This document shows, in pieces, positions 45,501-57,184 of a DNA stretch of 64,000 nucleotides. Source of the DNA: Selaginella moellendorffii (Eukaryota > Plantae > Lycopodiophyta). The stretch spans positions 3,539,969 through 3,603,968 of the forward strand of contig NW_003314269.1 in the NCBI RefSeq assembly GCF_000143415.4, given 5' to 3'. Made by a program: the position numbers and the translations under genes. Every line of letters starts with the position of its first letter. Position 1 is the stretch's first letter. The notes below the pieces were generated by a model, which was not told the DNA's origin, made no database searches, and saw only the letters and a program-made list of their open reading frames with translations.

Positions 45501-48118
45501 ATTTTGATTATAGATCGTTGTAAATATTCAGACACGAGGACTGAAAAGCGCACTGGTGGCGCGTCGAAGAAGGACAAACAGACAAGCAATAGGAAAAAAG
45601 GAAGTACAAATTATATTTGCAATGGCGTGTGGTCTCATGCCATTCCTTGCAGGAGACACTTCTTCAAAGGCAAAACAGGCAAGCACCAGCCAAGCTCAAA
45701 CTGACAGTGGTCATAAAAAGCGAAAGCACGTTGGACAGTCGTCGGGATCAGAGGCGTTTGATTCGAAAAGGAAGAAGGGCAACGAAAAGATGATAGGTAA
45801 TGCCTCGCGGTTATGGCGTGTGTGCTCATGCCATTCATTGCAGATCAAGGGCTGAGTGAAAGGAGCCAGTCACCACCTTCTGACTCAGATTCCTATGGCG
45901 GACTCCCCTTCCCCAATCTCAATGGAGAGGTACAATGGATGAGGGATGCTTTTCAAGTCAGGGCCACGTTTTTCTCATCTCGTCGTCTTCGAAGGGTGCA
46001 AGAACGTGCAGAAACCATGTTAAGACAGTCGGGTGAGGATACGGTCCTAGGTCACACACTAAAACAGGCTATGGATGTCTTGTATTTTGAGATGGAGACT
46101 CGGCCAGATGATTTTTCCAAGATGGTCCTGGAAAAACAAGCAATCCAGCCTGAGCAGCCTATGGAAGAAATGCAGGAGGGGGATGAGGAGCCAGAGAAAG
46201 ATAATGAGCAGGAAGAGCAGAAGGACGAAGAGGAGGACAAAGAAGAGGAGGACGAAGAGGACTTGGATGGTCCTCACAATGGTGACGATCACAATAACGA
46301 CGATGACGATGATGACGATGATGGCCAGCCTGAGGTGGCCAAAGAGCAGCGGAGGAAGGTCATACAAGACAAACCATCAGGTAAATAATAGTACATCCAT
46401 TCCTAACCTTTTACCATTTCTAACATTGTCCATGTAGGTCGCAGAAGAAATGGTAAGTAGAGATTATTCAGTTGAATTAAGATACAAACTCTAGCCTTTA
46501 GTGTCGAGGAAGGATAGTGCCAAGCAAGGGTCGAAACGTATGTCCAATCCTTCAGAATCAGCAGTGCGCCCAATAGCACTTGATGGTAAGTACAGTATAG
46601 TCGATTCAATGTGCTAATGAGTTTGTTTTTAGTAGCACGGGAGGATACCATCTCAATCGAAGGGAGATATTTGGACATGCATATGGATCCGCCAGTGGAC
46701 TCTACTTGCCTGCAAGAGTCATCAGAGCTGGTGGAGGCTACTATCCATATCAACGCCAAGCAAGCTGACCACGCTCCACTTGATGCTGCCCATACCACTG
46801 AGTCAATCTTGTCCACGTATCCAACTGACGGTGACCAGGCACCATTGGACCCGCATGAGGCCGCCCCAGCCGCCGAGCCGGTCGTATCCTCATTTCCAAC
46901 GTGTGCCCAATCGTCTGACTACGCGCCGTTGGAACCTCCCTACACCGCCCCTGCTGCCTGTTCGGTCATGTCCACTTTGCCAACGGAGGCACCAGCTGAA
47001 ATGGCGTGTGATCACACGCCATCGGAACCACCCCATGCCACTGTTGAGCCAGTTGTACCAGAGTCTACAGCTGAAATGGCATGTGCCCACACGCCATCGG
47101 ATGCGATTGACCCCACATTGCAGAGGAGAGTATTTCCGCCCTTCACGTTTCCTCGACCAAAACCCTCTGAACGACCATCGGGAGCACCATTCGCTAATAT
47201 TGTAGATGGTAAAATTGACTTGTACCATTTTTTATGCTGACGCATTTCATTTCAGAGTCACGGCGAAAGTACTGTATCGTTTTTGATCTGAACGGTGTCC
47301 TTTTCTCCCATGAGCGTGGCTCGTCCTCGAATGTCACTACACCCTCCAAAGCCTGCGGTCGCAAGTTGGTCAAAAGAGACAGATTCACATTAATCACACG
47401 GGAGAAACTGCGGGATCTAATAATGACCATGCGACACTTAAAACAGAGGGCCGGGTTCAATTTGCAATTGGGAGTTTGGACATCCATGATGCGCCACAAT
47501 GCATTAACGTTGCTACAGATGATGCACGATCAGACGCGAGTAATATTACCATTTGACTTTCTCCTAACGCAGGAGGATTGCTTGACTATGGTCCATGTGA
47601 GGGGTAGCAAGCCCATCTTCGTCAAGGCAGAGGCTGTAGTGATGAACCGGACTGCTAGGTCAAGTGAAATCCTCATCATCGATGACTCGCCGATTAAAAC
47701 TGCAGCAAACACGCACACATATGCAGTGCACCCCATCTCTTGCAGTATGGAAACTAGGGAGAAGAAACCGTATGTTCTGGGGGACCTTGCAAAATGGCTT
47801 GAAGCGATGGTGATAGAGAACCGGCCAGTCCAGGAGGTGGCTGCAGAAATCAACCAAATGGCAGATGGAACGGTATATCAGAAGCCATTTGATCGGACAG
47901 ACACCAGTCATCATTTATGGCATGTATATTGTCTAGCCAAGCACTATCCGCATCTCCATAATCTGCTCAACCGGATGGGTTCTTCGACCACTGAACATGA
48001 GCGTGGACGTATTAGAGAAGAGATGGCATTACTATTGGGTTTAAATCCTGATAGTGTGGAGAGTGATGAAATTCCAAGATTATTGTATAGGCGTTGGAGG
48101 CAAAAAATAACAGTCTGA
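42567..48118 (+). CDS. Transposon cargo gene, 11 exons, ~1618 aa: ParB/Srx-like domain + degenerate N6/N4 DNA-methyltransferase-like fold + acidic/disordered linker + FCP1/NIF-like HAD phosphatase
   Basis: Hand-spliced exons: 42567-42569, 42809-43987, 44042-45350, 45401-45475, 45532-45603, 45653-45796, 45844-46380, 46438-46452, 46502-46585, 46633-47208, 47256-48118. Total 4857 nt, all introns GT-AG, no internal stop. Motifs: HRLVSDEWVEKLKQKM...FYAVSGQHSSLAM; IFCVMDFTN...EMLSWVF...VVEYNCGG..RAALLKGVPCVAV; IVFDLNGVL...GVWTS...KPIFVK...LIIDDSPIK. Confidence 0.82.
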
Positions 48119-48525
48119 GATGGCATGTATTTATTTAAAAATGTAACTTATTATGGCATGGGGTTCCATGCCATTGTATTAATATTAAAAGACAATTCTT
48201 TGAGAGGATTTGCATTATACTAGAAGTGTTACAGCATGTTATTGGAAGTTTACGAAGTTGTTTTATTAATAAGGGGAAAGTAAAGATTGAATGGGGACTT
48301 GGGCTCCACCTAGACTCGGAGCAACTGAGCCAATATTAAAAGGATGGAAAGAAATTGGACGACAATGACAAGGAGAAGAGAGAGGTGAAGCAGTGAGAAG
48401 TGATTGAGTAGACATTTCCTTGTTTAAAATAAAATGGCATGTGCCTCAATGCAGTTGAATTTTTTTATATTTATATACTATATAAAGGTTTGGAAACCTT
48501 ATTTTACAAGTGGGATAATGACAAT

Positions 48526-48549
48526 TCCCACTTTAACGAAATAGAGCTT
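48526..48549 (-). repeat. Right TIR
   Basis: TCCCACTTTAACGAAATAGAGCTT, followed by the TSD GTCT. Confidence 0.97.
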
Positions 48550-49120
48550 GTCTCTAAGATATCATTGTCTATGACTTTGATATTGTTCATTTATTGATCT
48601 TTGAGTTTGGGCCAATATAGGCAGACTGGCTTCGGCACTTTTTGTGCATGGTGAAATCTTTAGTCATGGGGTAGCTACTGTCAATTGGTCACATAACCCA
48701 CCTCTCTGTCGATGTTCCATATTCCATTACAAGGGCGTGACCATGTAAACAACTCTAACTGCCTATTTCCAGTAGTCTATCTAAACCTTACTGACAGGTT
48801 TGGTTTCTTTGCTTAGGAGGGTTGGGGCCTCTGGCTTCTCTCTCTATGTCCTTGCGGGTAGGGGCGTATCACACTTTTGTAAGTTGGATGACTCCCAGAG
48901 CAGCAAGGGTGGCTGACTTCGTTGGTCATTTCCTTGTCGGCGACGGCCGGAAGGTGTCTGAGCTGGTAGCGCATCCACGTTAGACAAAGAGGTTGCCTCC
49001 TAACTCATTTAAGTTGGTGCATTTCTCACATAGTGTGAATACCATGAACTTTTTCTGGAGTTGTTTCCTTGGCGGTATTTTAGACTCGAGTGTGCATTGA
49101 CGAGGATGTCGATCTTCCCT

Positions 49121-49132
49121 AGGGGGGGAGAG
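49121..49132 (+). promoter_or_regulatory. Polypurine tract of the family-A element
   Basis: AGGGGGGGAGAG immediately before the 3' LTR. Confidence 0.9.
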
Positions 49133-50275
49133 TGTCGCGAATGTGACTTCGGGTATCGAAAGTTACCTATTGACTAATCCTTACCGACACTCTTACCTTA
49201 CTGCCACGATGGCAGGAGGTCGGTATTACTAGATCCTTCATCAGTCCCTCTTGTGCTAGTGAAGTTAATTGGGCATTTCGAGTGTACTTAGACCGGACGA
49301 GCATAAAGACGGAAATCTTACGTGTTATTAGCTAAGCATACTTACCCCAGTAAGGAGTTCCCGTCTTGTTTTGTCTTGCACTTGCTAGTGACAAGAACCC
49401 TCATGTATTGAGATTGGTCCCTCAATATCGCTAGATGATAACTTACCGTGTCTACCAAACACCCTCACTATCATGCCCTTTGTGTTAGTCTTATTTCGGT
49501 CCCAAATGCTATTTATGGAAAGTGTCCAGATTTGCTCATTTGGCATATCTACGGAATGTAAAGATCAGCCTGAACACAACGATGTTCATCCCGTGTCCAA
49601 ATTCGCAATCTAACGCCATTCCATATTTAGTAAATTTTGAGCTTATCCCAGAGACTAACTCCTGATACTAAGGGAGGCTTGGGGTGAAAGCCCAAAGCAT
49701 GTGTTCCTCAAGGGGGGGGTTGTTGGGGGTTCCAAATGTATAGTAGGGATAGTGGGTAGGTCGGGCATGGCCGACCAACCTGAGGCATAGTTTAGCTCCC
49801 GCTTGCGTGCCTGTCTTTGTTCTGTGTCCAACTTGGGTCTAAGCCCAAGTTCCATTCCATGCTAGCTGGTGGAGTACCCATATCCTCACGTTAGGCCACC
49901 GGTATGCCGAAATAGCGCTATACTCCGTTTGGCTCCGTTTTGCGTGTTGGTCCTAGCATTGGGATGTTGGTTGTTCCAGGACTGTTCCAAGTCGCTCCGG
50001 GCTCTTGTCCCTTCGCTCCTTGGGCTGCATGCTCGGGAGTTGCTCCGTGGTCCGGTTCCATCACTCCTTGGCTTCATGCTTGGGAGTTTGGCATCGTTCC
50101 TTCGTTCAGTGGCCCAAGGCCTTGAACCTCGGGTTCTGCACCACTATCCTATGGACACGTGACATATGACACATGGCATGTGTCATGTGGCACAAATAGG
50201 GTTTATGTTCCGCTTTGTGGTGTTATCCTATGGTAAATCACCATAGGATAAAGGGTCAAAACCACATGTGCTACA
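49133..50275 (+). repeat. 3' LTR, family A
   Basis: Direct repeat of 22329-23475, followed by the TSD TGAGA. Confidence 0.96.
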
Positions 50276-50280
50276 TGAGA

Positions 50281-50870
50281 ACCCCCATAATATTAAGACT
50301 AGTCCCTTAATATCATTACATGGTAGTTTATTGTATCCACCAGATACCCTCGTTATCATGCCCTATGTATTAGTTCTGTTCTAGATCCATATACTATTTA
50401 TAGTACATGTGTAGATCCGCCCCAAGAAACATATCTATGGAATGTAGATAATGTCTTAAACCCAATGGTGTTGTTCCTACTTCCAAATTTATAATCTAGT
50501 GCCATTCCATATTTAGTAACTTTCACACTTGTCTTAGAGATTAACTCCTGGTACTAAGGGAGGCTTGGGATGAAAGCCCAAAGCATGTGTTTGGGGGGAG
50601 GGGGCTCTAAGTGGTTCCAAATATATAGTAGGGATAGTGGTTAGAATGCATGTCTGACCACCTGAGACATTAATTTGGATTCTATTGGGTTGTGTTGCTC
50701 ATTATTTTACATTCAACTTGGGTTTAAGCCTAAATTCCACACTACTCAAGTTGGTGGGGTACCCTTTTTCTCGTGTTAGGCCACTAGTATGCTGAAATCG
50801 TGCTAAAAACCGTTTGACATTGTTTAGCATGCAAGTGCTGGATACAGAGAGTTGGTGCTCATGGGATTGT
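50281..50870 (+). mobile_element. Right piece of the older LTR that starts at 22069
   Basis: Colinear with 16333-16920. Confidence 0.82.
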
Positions 50871-50984
50871 GAGGAGGAAGACAAAAGTTAAGGCAATTAA
50901 ATCAACTATACTTAAGCAACTGGACTCTTTTTAAAGTTCTGAGGATGATGAAGTTTTACAACCGCCATGGTTGCATGAGTTTCA

Positions 50985-51362
50985 AAGTTCAAGCCTCTGA
51001 AACCACCCAATTTTATAGGCATGTAGGACTATTAAGCTTTGGAAGATTGGGTTTACAATATGGAAAACTATTTCATAGCGGTAAATGTAGATGATCATTT
51101 AAAAGTTGCATGTGTACAATCCTTTCTCACTGATCATGCCAAAATTTGGTAGTGCCAGGTGTGTGCTTTTGAAAAAAAGCAAACTAGAAGTTGGACTAAA
51201 ATGCAATCTCATATCTATATGGAATATTTGCCAAACAATATTGGTTTAAGATTTCATGTAGAGCTGTGGTGGTTAAAGTAGTGAGGGAATCTTATGCATT
51301 TGCTCAAAAACACATTATGATTACAAATATGAGTGATAAAGATGCTCAAAGTTATTTCCTAT
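50985..51362 (+). pseudogene. gag: Ty3/Gypsy gag remnant interrupted by transposon copy 2
   Basis: Manual translation KPLKPPNFIG..ALEDWVYNMENYFIAVNVDDHLKVACVQSFLTDHAKIW*, which follows the Ty3 capsid pattern but contains stops. Confidence 0.7.
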
Positions 51363-51804
51363 AAGCTCTATTTCGTTAAAGTGGGAATTGTCATTATCCC
51401 ACTTGTAAAATAAGGTTTCCAAATCTTTATATAGTATATAAATATAACAAAATTCAACTGCATTGAGGCACATCCCATTTTATTTTAAACAAGGAAATGT
51501 CTACTCAATCAATTCTCCTCCCCCTGCCACTGTTTCACCTCTCTCTTCTCCTTGTCATCGTCGTCCAATTTCTTTCCATTCTTTTAATATTGGCTTAGTT
51601 GCTTCGAGTCTAGGTGGAGCCCAAGTCCCCATTCAATCTTTACTTTCCCCTTATTAATAAAACAACTTCGTAGACTTCCAATAACATGCTGTAACACTTC
51701 TAGTATAATGCAAATCCTCTCAAAGAATTGTCTTTTAATATTAATACAATGGTATGGAACCCCATGCCATAATAAGTTACATTTTTAAATAAATACATGC
51801 CATC

Positions 51805-54800
51805 TCAGAATGTTATTTTTTGCCTCCAACGCCTATACAATAATCTTGGAATTTCATCACTCTCCACACTATCAGGATTTAAACCCAATAGTAATGCCAT
51901 CTCTTCTCTAATACGTCCACGCTCATGTTCAGTGGTCGAAGAACCCATCCGGTTGAGCAGATTATGGAGATGCGGATAGTGCTTGGCTAGACAATATACA
52001 TGCCATAAATGATGACTGGTGTCTGTCCGATCAAATGGCTTCTGATATACCGTTCCATCTGCCATTTGGTTGATTTCTGCAGCCACCTCCTGGACTGGCC
52101 GGTTCTCTATCACCATCGCTCCAAGCCGTTTTGCAAGGTCCCCCAGAACATACGGTTTCTTCTCCCTAGTTTCCATACTGCAAGAGATGGGGTGCACTGC
52201 ATATGTGTGCGTGTTCGCTGTAGTTTTAATCGGTGAGTCATCAATGATGAGGATTTCACTTGACCTAGCAGTCCGGTTCATCACTACAGCCTCTGGCTTG
52301 ACGAAGATGGGCTTGCTACCCCTCACATGGACCATAGTCAAGCAATCCTCCTGCGTTAGGAGAAAGTCAAATGGTAATATTACTCGCGTCTGATCGTGCA
52401 TCATCTGTAGCAACGTTAATGCATTGTGCCGCATCATGGATGTCCAAACTCCCAATTGCAAATTGAACCCGGCCCTTTGTTTTAAGTGTCGCATGGTCAT
52501 TATTAGATCCCGCAGTTTCTCCCGTGTGATTAATGTGAATCTGTCTCTTTTGACCAACTTGCGACCGCAGGCTTTGGAGGGTGCAGTGACATTCGAGGAC
52601 GAGCCACGCTCATGGGAGAAAAGGACACCGTTCAGATTAAAAACGATATAGTACTTTCGCCGTGACTCTGAAATGAAATGCGTCAGCATAAAAAATGGTA
52701 CAAGTCAATTTTACCATCTACAATATTAGCGAATGGTGCTCCCGATGGTCGTTCAGAGGGTTTTGGTCGAGGAAACGTGAAGGGCGGAAATACTCTCCTC
52801 TGCAATGTGGGGTCAATCGCATCTGATGGCGTGTGGGCACATGCCATTTCAGCTGTAGACTCTGGTACAACTAGCTCAACAGTGGCATGGGGTGGTTCCG
52901 ATGGCGTGTGATCACACGCCATTTCAGCTGGTGCCTCCGTTGGTAAAGTGGACATGACCGAACAGGCAGCAGGGGCGGTGTAGGGAGGTTCCAAGGCGCG
53001 TAGTCAGACGATTGGGCACACGTTGGAAATGAGGATACGACCGGCTCGGCGGCTGGGGCGGCCTCATGCGGGTCCAATGGTGCCTGGTCACTGTCAGTTG
53101 GATACGTGGACAAGATTGACTTAGTGGTATGGGCAGCATCAAGTGGAGCGTGGTCAGCTTGCTTGGCGTTGATATGGATAGTAGCCTCCACTAGCTATGA
53201 TGACTCTTGCAGGCAAGTAGAGTCCACTGGCGGATCCATATGCATGTCCAAATATCTCCCTTCGATTGAGATGGTATCCTCCCTACTGGCTACTAAAAAC
53301 AAACTCATTAGCACATTGAATCAACTATACTGTATTTACTATCAACTGCTATTGGGCGCACTGCTGATTCTGAAGGATTGGACATACGTTTCGACCCTTG
53401 CTTGCCACTATCCTTCCTCGACACTAAAGGTTAGAGTTTGTATCTTAATTCAACTGAATAATCTCTACTTATTATTTGCTTTGCAACCTACATGGACAAT
53501 GTTAGAAATGGTAAAAGGTTAGGAATGGATGTACTATTATTTACCTGATGGTTTGTCTTGTATGACCTTCCTCTGCTGCTCTTTGGCCACCTCAGGCTGG
53601 CCATCGTCGTCATCATCGTCGTCGTCGTTATTGTGATCGTCACCATTGTGAGGACCATCCAAGTCCTCTTCGTCCTCCTCTTCTTCGTCCTCCTCTTCTT
53701 TGTCCTCCTCTTCGTCCTTCTGCTCTTCCTGCTCATTATCTTTCTCTGGCTCCTCATCCCCCTCCTGCATTTCTTCCATAGGCTGCTCAGGCTGGATGGC
53801 TTGTTCTTCTAGGACCATCTTGGGAAAATCATCTGGCCGAGTCTCCATCTCAAAATACAAGACATCCATAGCCTGTTTTAGTGCGTGACCTACCTCACCC
53901 GACTGTCTTAACATGGTTTCTGCACGTTCTTGCACCCTTCGAAGACGACGAGATGAGAAAAACGTGGCCCTGACTTGAAAAGCATCCCTCATCCATTGTA
54001 CCTCTCCATTGAGATTGGGGAAGGGGAGTCCGCCATAGGAATCTGAGTCAGGAGGTGGTGACCGCGAGGCATTACCTATCATCTTTTCGTTGCCCTTCTT
54101 CCTTTTCGAATCAAACGCCTCTGATCCCGACGACTGTCCAACGTGCTTTCGCTTTTTATGACCACTGTCAGTTTGAGCTTGGCTGGTGCTTGCCTGTTTT
54201 GCCTTTGAAGAAGTGTCTCCTGCAAGGAATGGCATGAGACCACACGCCATTGCAAATATAATTTGTACCTCCTTTTTTCCTATTGCTTGTCTGTTTGTCC
54301 TTCTTCGACGCGCCACTAGTGCGCTTTTTAGTCCTCATATCTGAATATTCACAACGATCTATAATCAAAATGGCGTGAGGCCTCACGTGACCTTACCTTG
54401 TGCAGGTTGTGAGCTCGGCCCAACAGTAGCTGTTAACGCCGTTTCAGCATCTGGGGGTGGCCATGCTCCTGCATATAGAGCTTGTGAGATAACATTTAAA
54501 CTTAAAGTGCGTACTCACCAGGTTCGCAGAGAAGATACTGTTTTTCTTTGGCAACTGTAATTATATGCTTCATTGAAGTCACCTCTTCAATGGAGTTTGT
54601 CACCGCAACACACGGGACACCCTTGAGTAGTGCGGCTCGAAAGAATAGTCCGCCGCAGTTGTACTCGACAACGCATTTGCCCTTGGAGTCGGAAGTAGGT
54701 GCTATTGCGTTGAAGACCCAGCTGAGCATTTCCCATGCTGCACTTGGAGCTTTCTCTGGATTCGAAAGCTCCATAGCCGTCTTCAGTTCCTCAGGCACGG

Positions 54801-57184
54801 GTAAATTGACCTCCCTCAGATCAATTCGATTGGCCTTGTTGAACGAAGCTGGGAAGTCACTCCAGTCCCACTCTGCTGCAGGACCAATAACAAGGGCGAG
54901 TGTGAAGATGCGGACATTCGTCGGTATCTTCTTCTTAGCCATTATCCCATGGATCTCCTGCATCTCCTTGCCTTTCAACCGAGCCTTCACCTCGTTCAAG
55001 GCCTTCCAGAACTTGTGATAAGATTCGGAGTCGTAGATCATATAGTGGACTGAAGATTCCACCTTCGCAAGTCCCACCATTAAGTCAATGATGGAGCTGA
55101 CTTCGTCTGCATGAGTGATCTCCTCGTTTGTGAAGTCCATCACACAAAAGATGTTCTTGACCTGCTCATCTCCGCGGGAAACGATGCTCCTCCACCTTTG
55201 ATCCTCATCCGAATTCACGTATACCCGGTAAGGTTCTCGATAGGCCTCTGCTGCAGGGTCGAGCTGTTTCTGAAGCCGGCGGTCGACATCCCTCTTAATG
55301 AAATTTGGATACTAATCCAACTTCTCAGCTTTACTTTTCGTGGCATCCCGCAGCAGATCGATGAACTTAGGGGCCCCCTTCACGTAGTCGTCGATGTCTT
55401 CATTTGACAACTCCAGCTCTTCCATCATCTCTTGCGTGGTGTCGATGCTCACCCTCTCCACGGCCACTTGCTCGAAGATCCAATCTTTCAATAGCGCACG
55501 AGCTCTCAGAGTCGTGCACAAGTCCTCGTATGTCACAATATGGCCGGGAGACATTTTGGTCTTGTTGAAGACTACCTCACCACGTAGAAGAGCATTAGCC
55601 ACTGTCAGAAGGTCGTCGTCGTCTAGAGACCGCGAGAAACGCAAGGCGTTGAGCTTCAAATCATTGGGCTTCCGGCCGTCCTCCACACCCATTGAGTTTA
55701 GCAACTCCCCGTTATGGTACCTCCTCAGCACATCTACCCATTTGTCAAAAACAACTTTTGTCGCGAGTAGAATGTTATGGATGCTGAGTGTGTCATTGAC
55801 CCCCAGTGTTTTCGAGAGAAGACTCGAGAATTCCTGCAATGGAAATGGCGTGAGGCCACATGCTATGCCACATGCAACGAGGCTTACCTGCCAGGCGCTA
55901 GTTGTTAGTGCACGTCCTTATCCTGGTTTTTGTGGCTTCTTCAGTTGAACCCAAAGCTTCCGTGTTCGTGCCAATGTCTCGTGCAGACCCGATTTGTAGC
56001 ATGTTTCTTGCTTGACATTCTGCGCGTGGGAGATGGATATGATAGATCGGAGGGGCGAGTTGCCTTTTATCAGGCGGACAACTCTTGTCTTGAAGACTTT
56101 CTTCACCTCGTCTCGCCCTTCATTGTTCGGTAGTAGGGGATCACGTCTGCGATGTCGGGTGTTACTGGACTTGCCAGCATCTTCTGCTTCAGTTTCTCCA
56201 CCCACTCATCAGATACTAGCCTGTGGTTGTATTTGCTTTGGATGTCGATACGGCTCACGTCGATTGTATATACTTTGTTGGAATAGTAACAAGTACTATT
56301 ATGTGCGACGATTTTTGCTGCCTCTTTTTGCTCTTTCTGCTCTTTGCAGCTCTTCTTTTTGGTGGGTGTAGTGTTCGAACCCGAGGCAATGGCATCACCG
56401 AGTAGCTTCTTTTTTGGAGCAAGAGAGTCAGACGTCGGCTTGAGCTTGACCACCCTTTTCTGCTTCGGGGTAGTTTCCAGATCGACCCCCTTCCCCTTCG
56501 CTTCGCGAACTGGAGGCACTCTCAACGGCTCAATGTTGGAATATAGTTTTTGAACATCGCCGTAGGTGAGGTCTGTGGATTCCATGTGATCTTCATAGAC
56601 CCGCAGCGTCTTTGAAATTGTGGGCCTCCTGGACAACCTCTCCCTAGCTCCCTCTAGGAATTCTTCATAGCCGCTGCCCCCCTCCAGGAAGCCGCTAGGA
56701 TGTGCAAGGTGGATCTTGAAGGCGGACGCTGTCTCTACCACAAGTGCCAGTCCATATTCTTGCATGGAACTGCATGGAGTGTCTGTCACTTGGATGAGGA
56801 TCCCCATGCATTCTTTTCTCCCACCATCTGTGTTGTACAGCCTCAGATCCTCGCCTTCCATCCCGAAAGTCCAACTGGTGAGCTCCTCCCCCTTCTCTGC
56901 ATCCACATTGACAGTGGCTGGAAGAAGAACGCAATTCCTCGCCTGTTCAGAAATGCACAACAATTAGAGCTGACAGATGAAAAGCTAGCAGCTGGAAATA
57001 ACGTGAGGCCACACGCCATTCACCACTGCATCAGATGTCTTGAGGCTACATCCTAAGATGGCGTGAGGCTACACGCCATCTGTAACCGGACTGCACTCGA
57101 GAGCCCAATCGGTGCATGCCAATGTTGCTACTGAATGGCATGTGGCCTCATGCCATTTTCTACTTGGCCTAAAAGACTTACCAT
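51805..57184 (-). pseudogene. Cargo gene, inactivated copy
   Basis: A 124-bp deletion near 56107 removes the GQHS motif. Stops near 55919 and 55312, loss of an intron acceptor near 54062, a frameshift near 52994, and DLNGV changed to NLNGV. Confidence 0.9.

Larger units (their letters stand above)
35148..48549 (-). mobile_element. 13.4-kb Sola-like DNA transposon, copy 1 (transposase plus divergent cargo gene)
   Basis: Perfect 24-bp TIRs AAGCTCTATTTCGTTAAAGTGGGA at 35148-35171 and 48526-48549. 4-bp TSD GTCT at 35144-35147 and 48550-48553. Contains a DDD transposase. A second copy begins with the same TIR at 51363. Confidence 0.92.
22329..50275 (+). mobile_element. Complete family-A LTR retroelement with a non-coding interior, hosting two nested insertions
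   Basis: TG...CA LTRs at 22329-23475 and 49133-50275. TSD TGAGA at 22324-22328 and 50276-50280. tRNA-iMet PBS at 23478-23489 and PPT at 49121-49132. Its own interior (23476-24646, 32153-35147, 48554-49132) has no long ORF. Confidence 0.95.

Noticed and set aside
35690-48455. CRISPR-like reading of the recurring palindrome
   Set aside because: Spacing is irregular (tens to thousands of bp), copies are degenerate, there are no cas genes and the context is eukaryotic.
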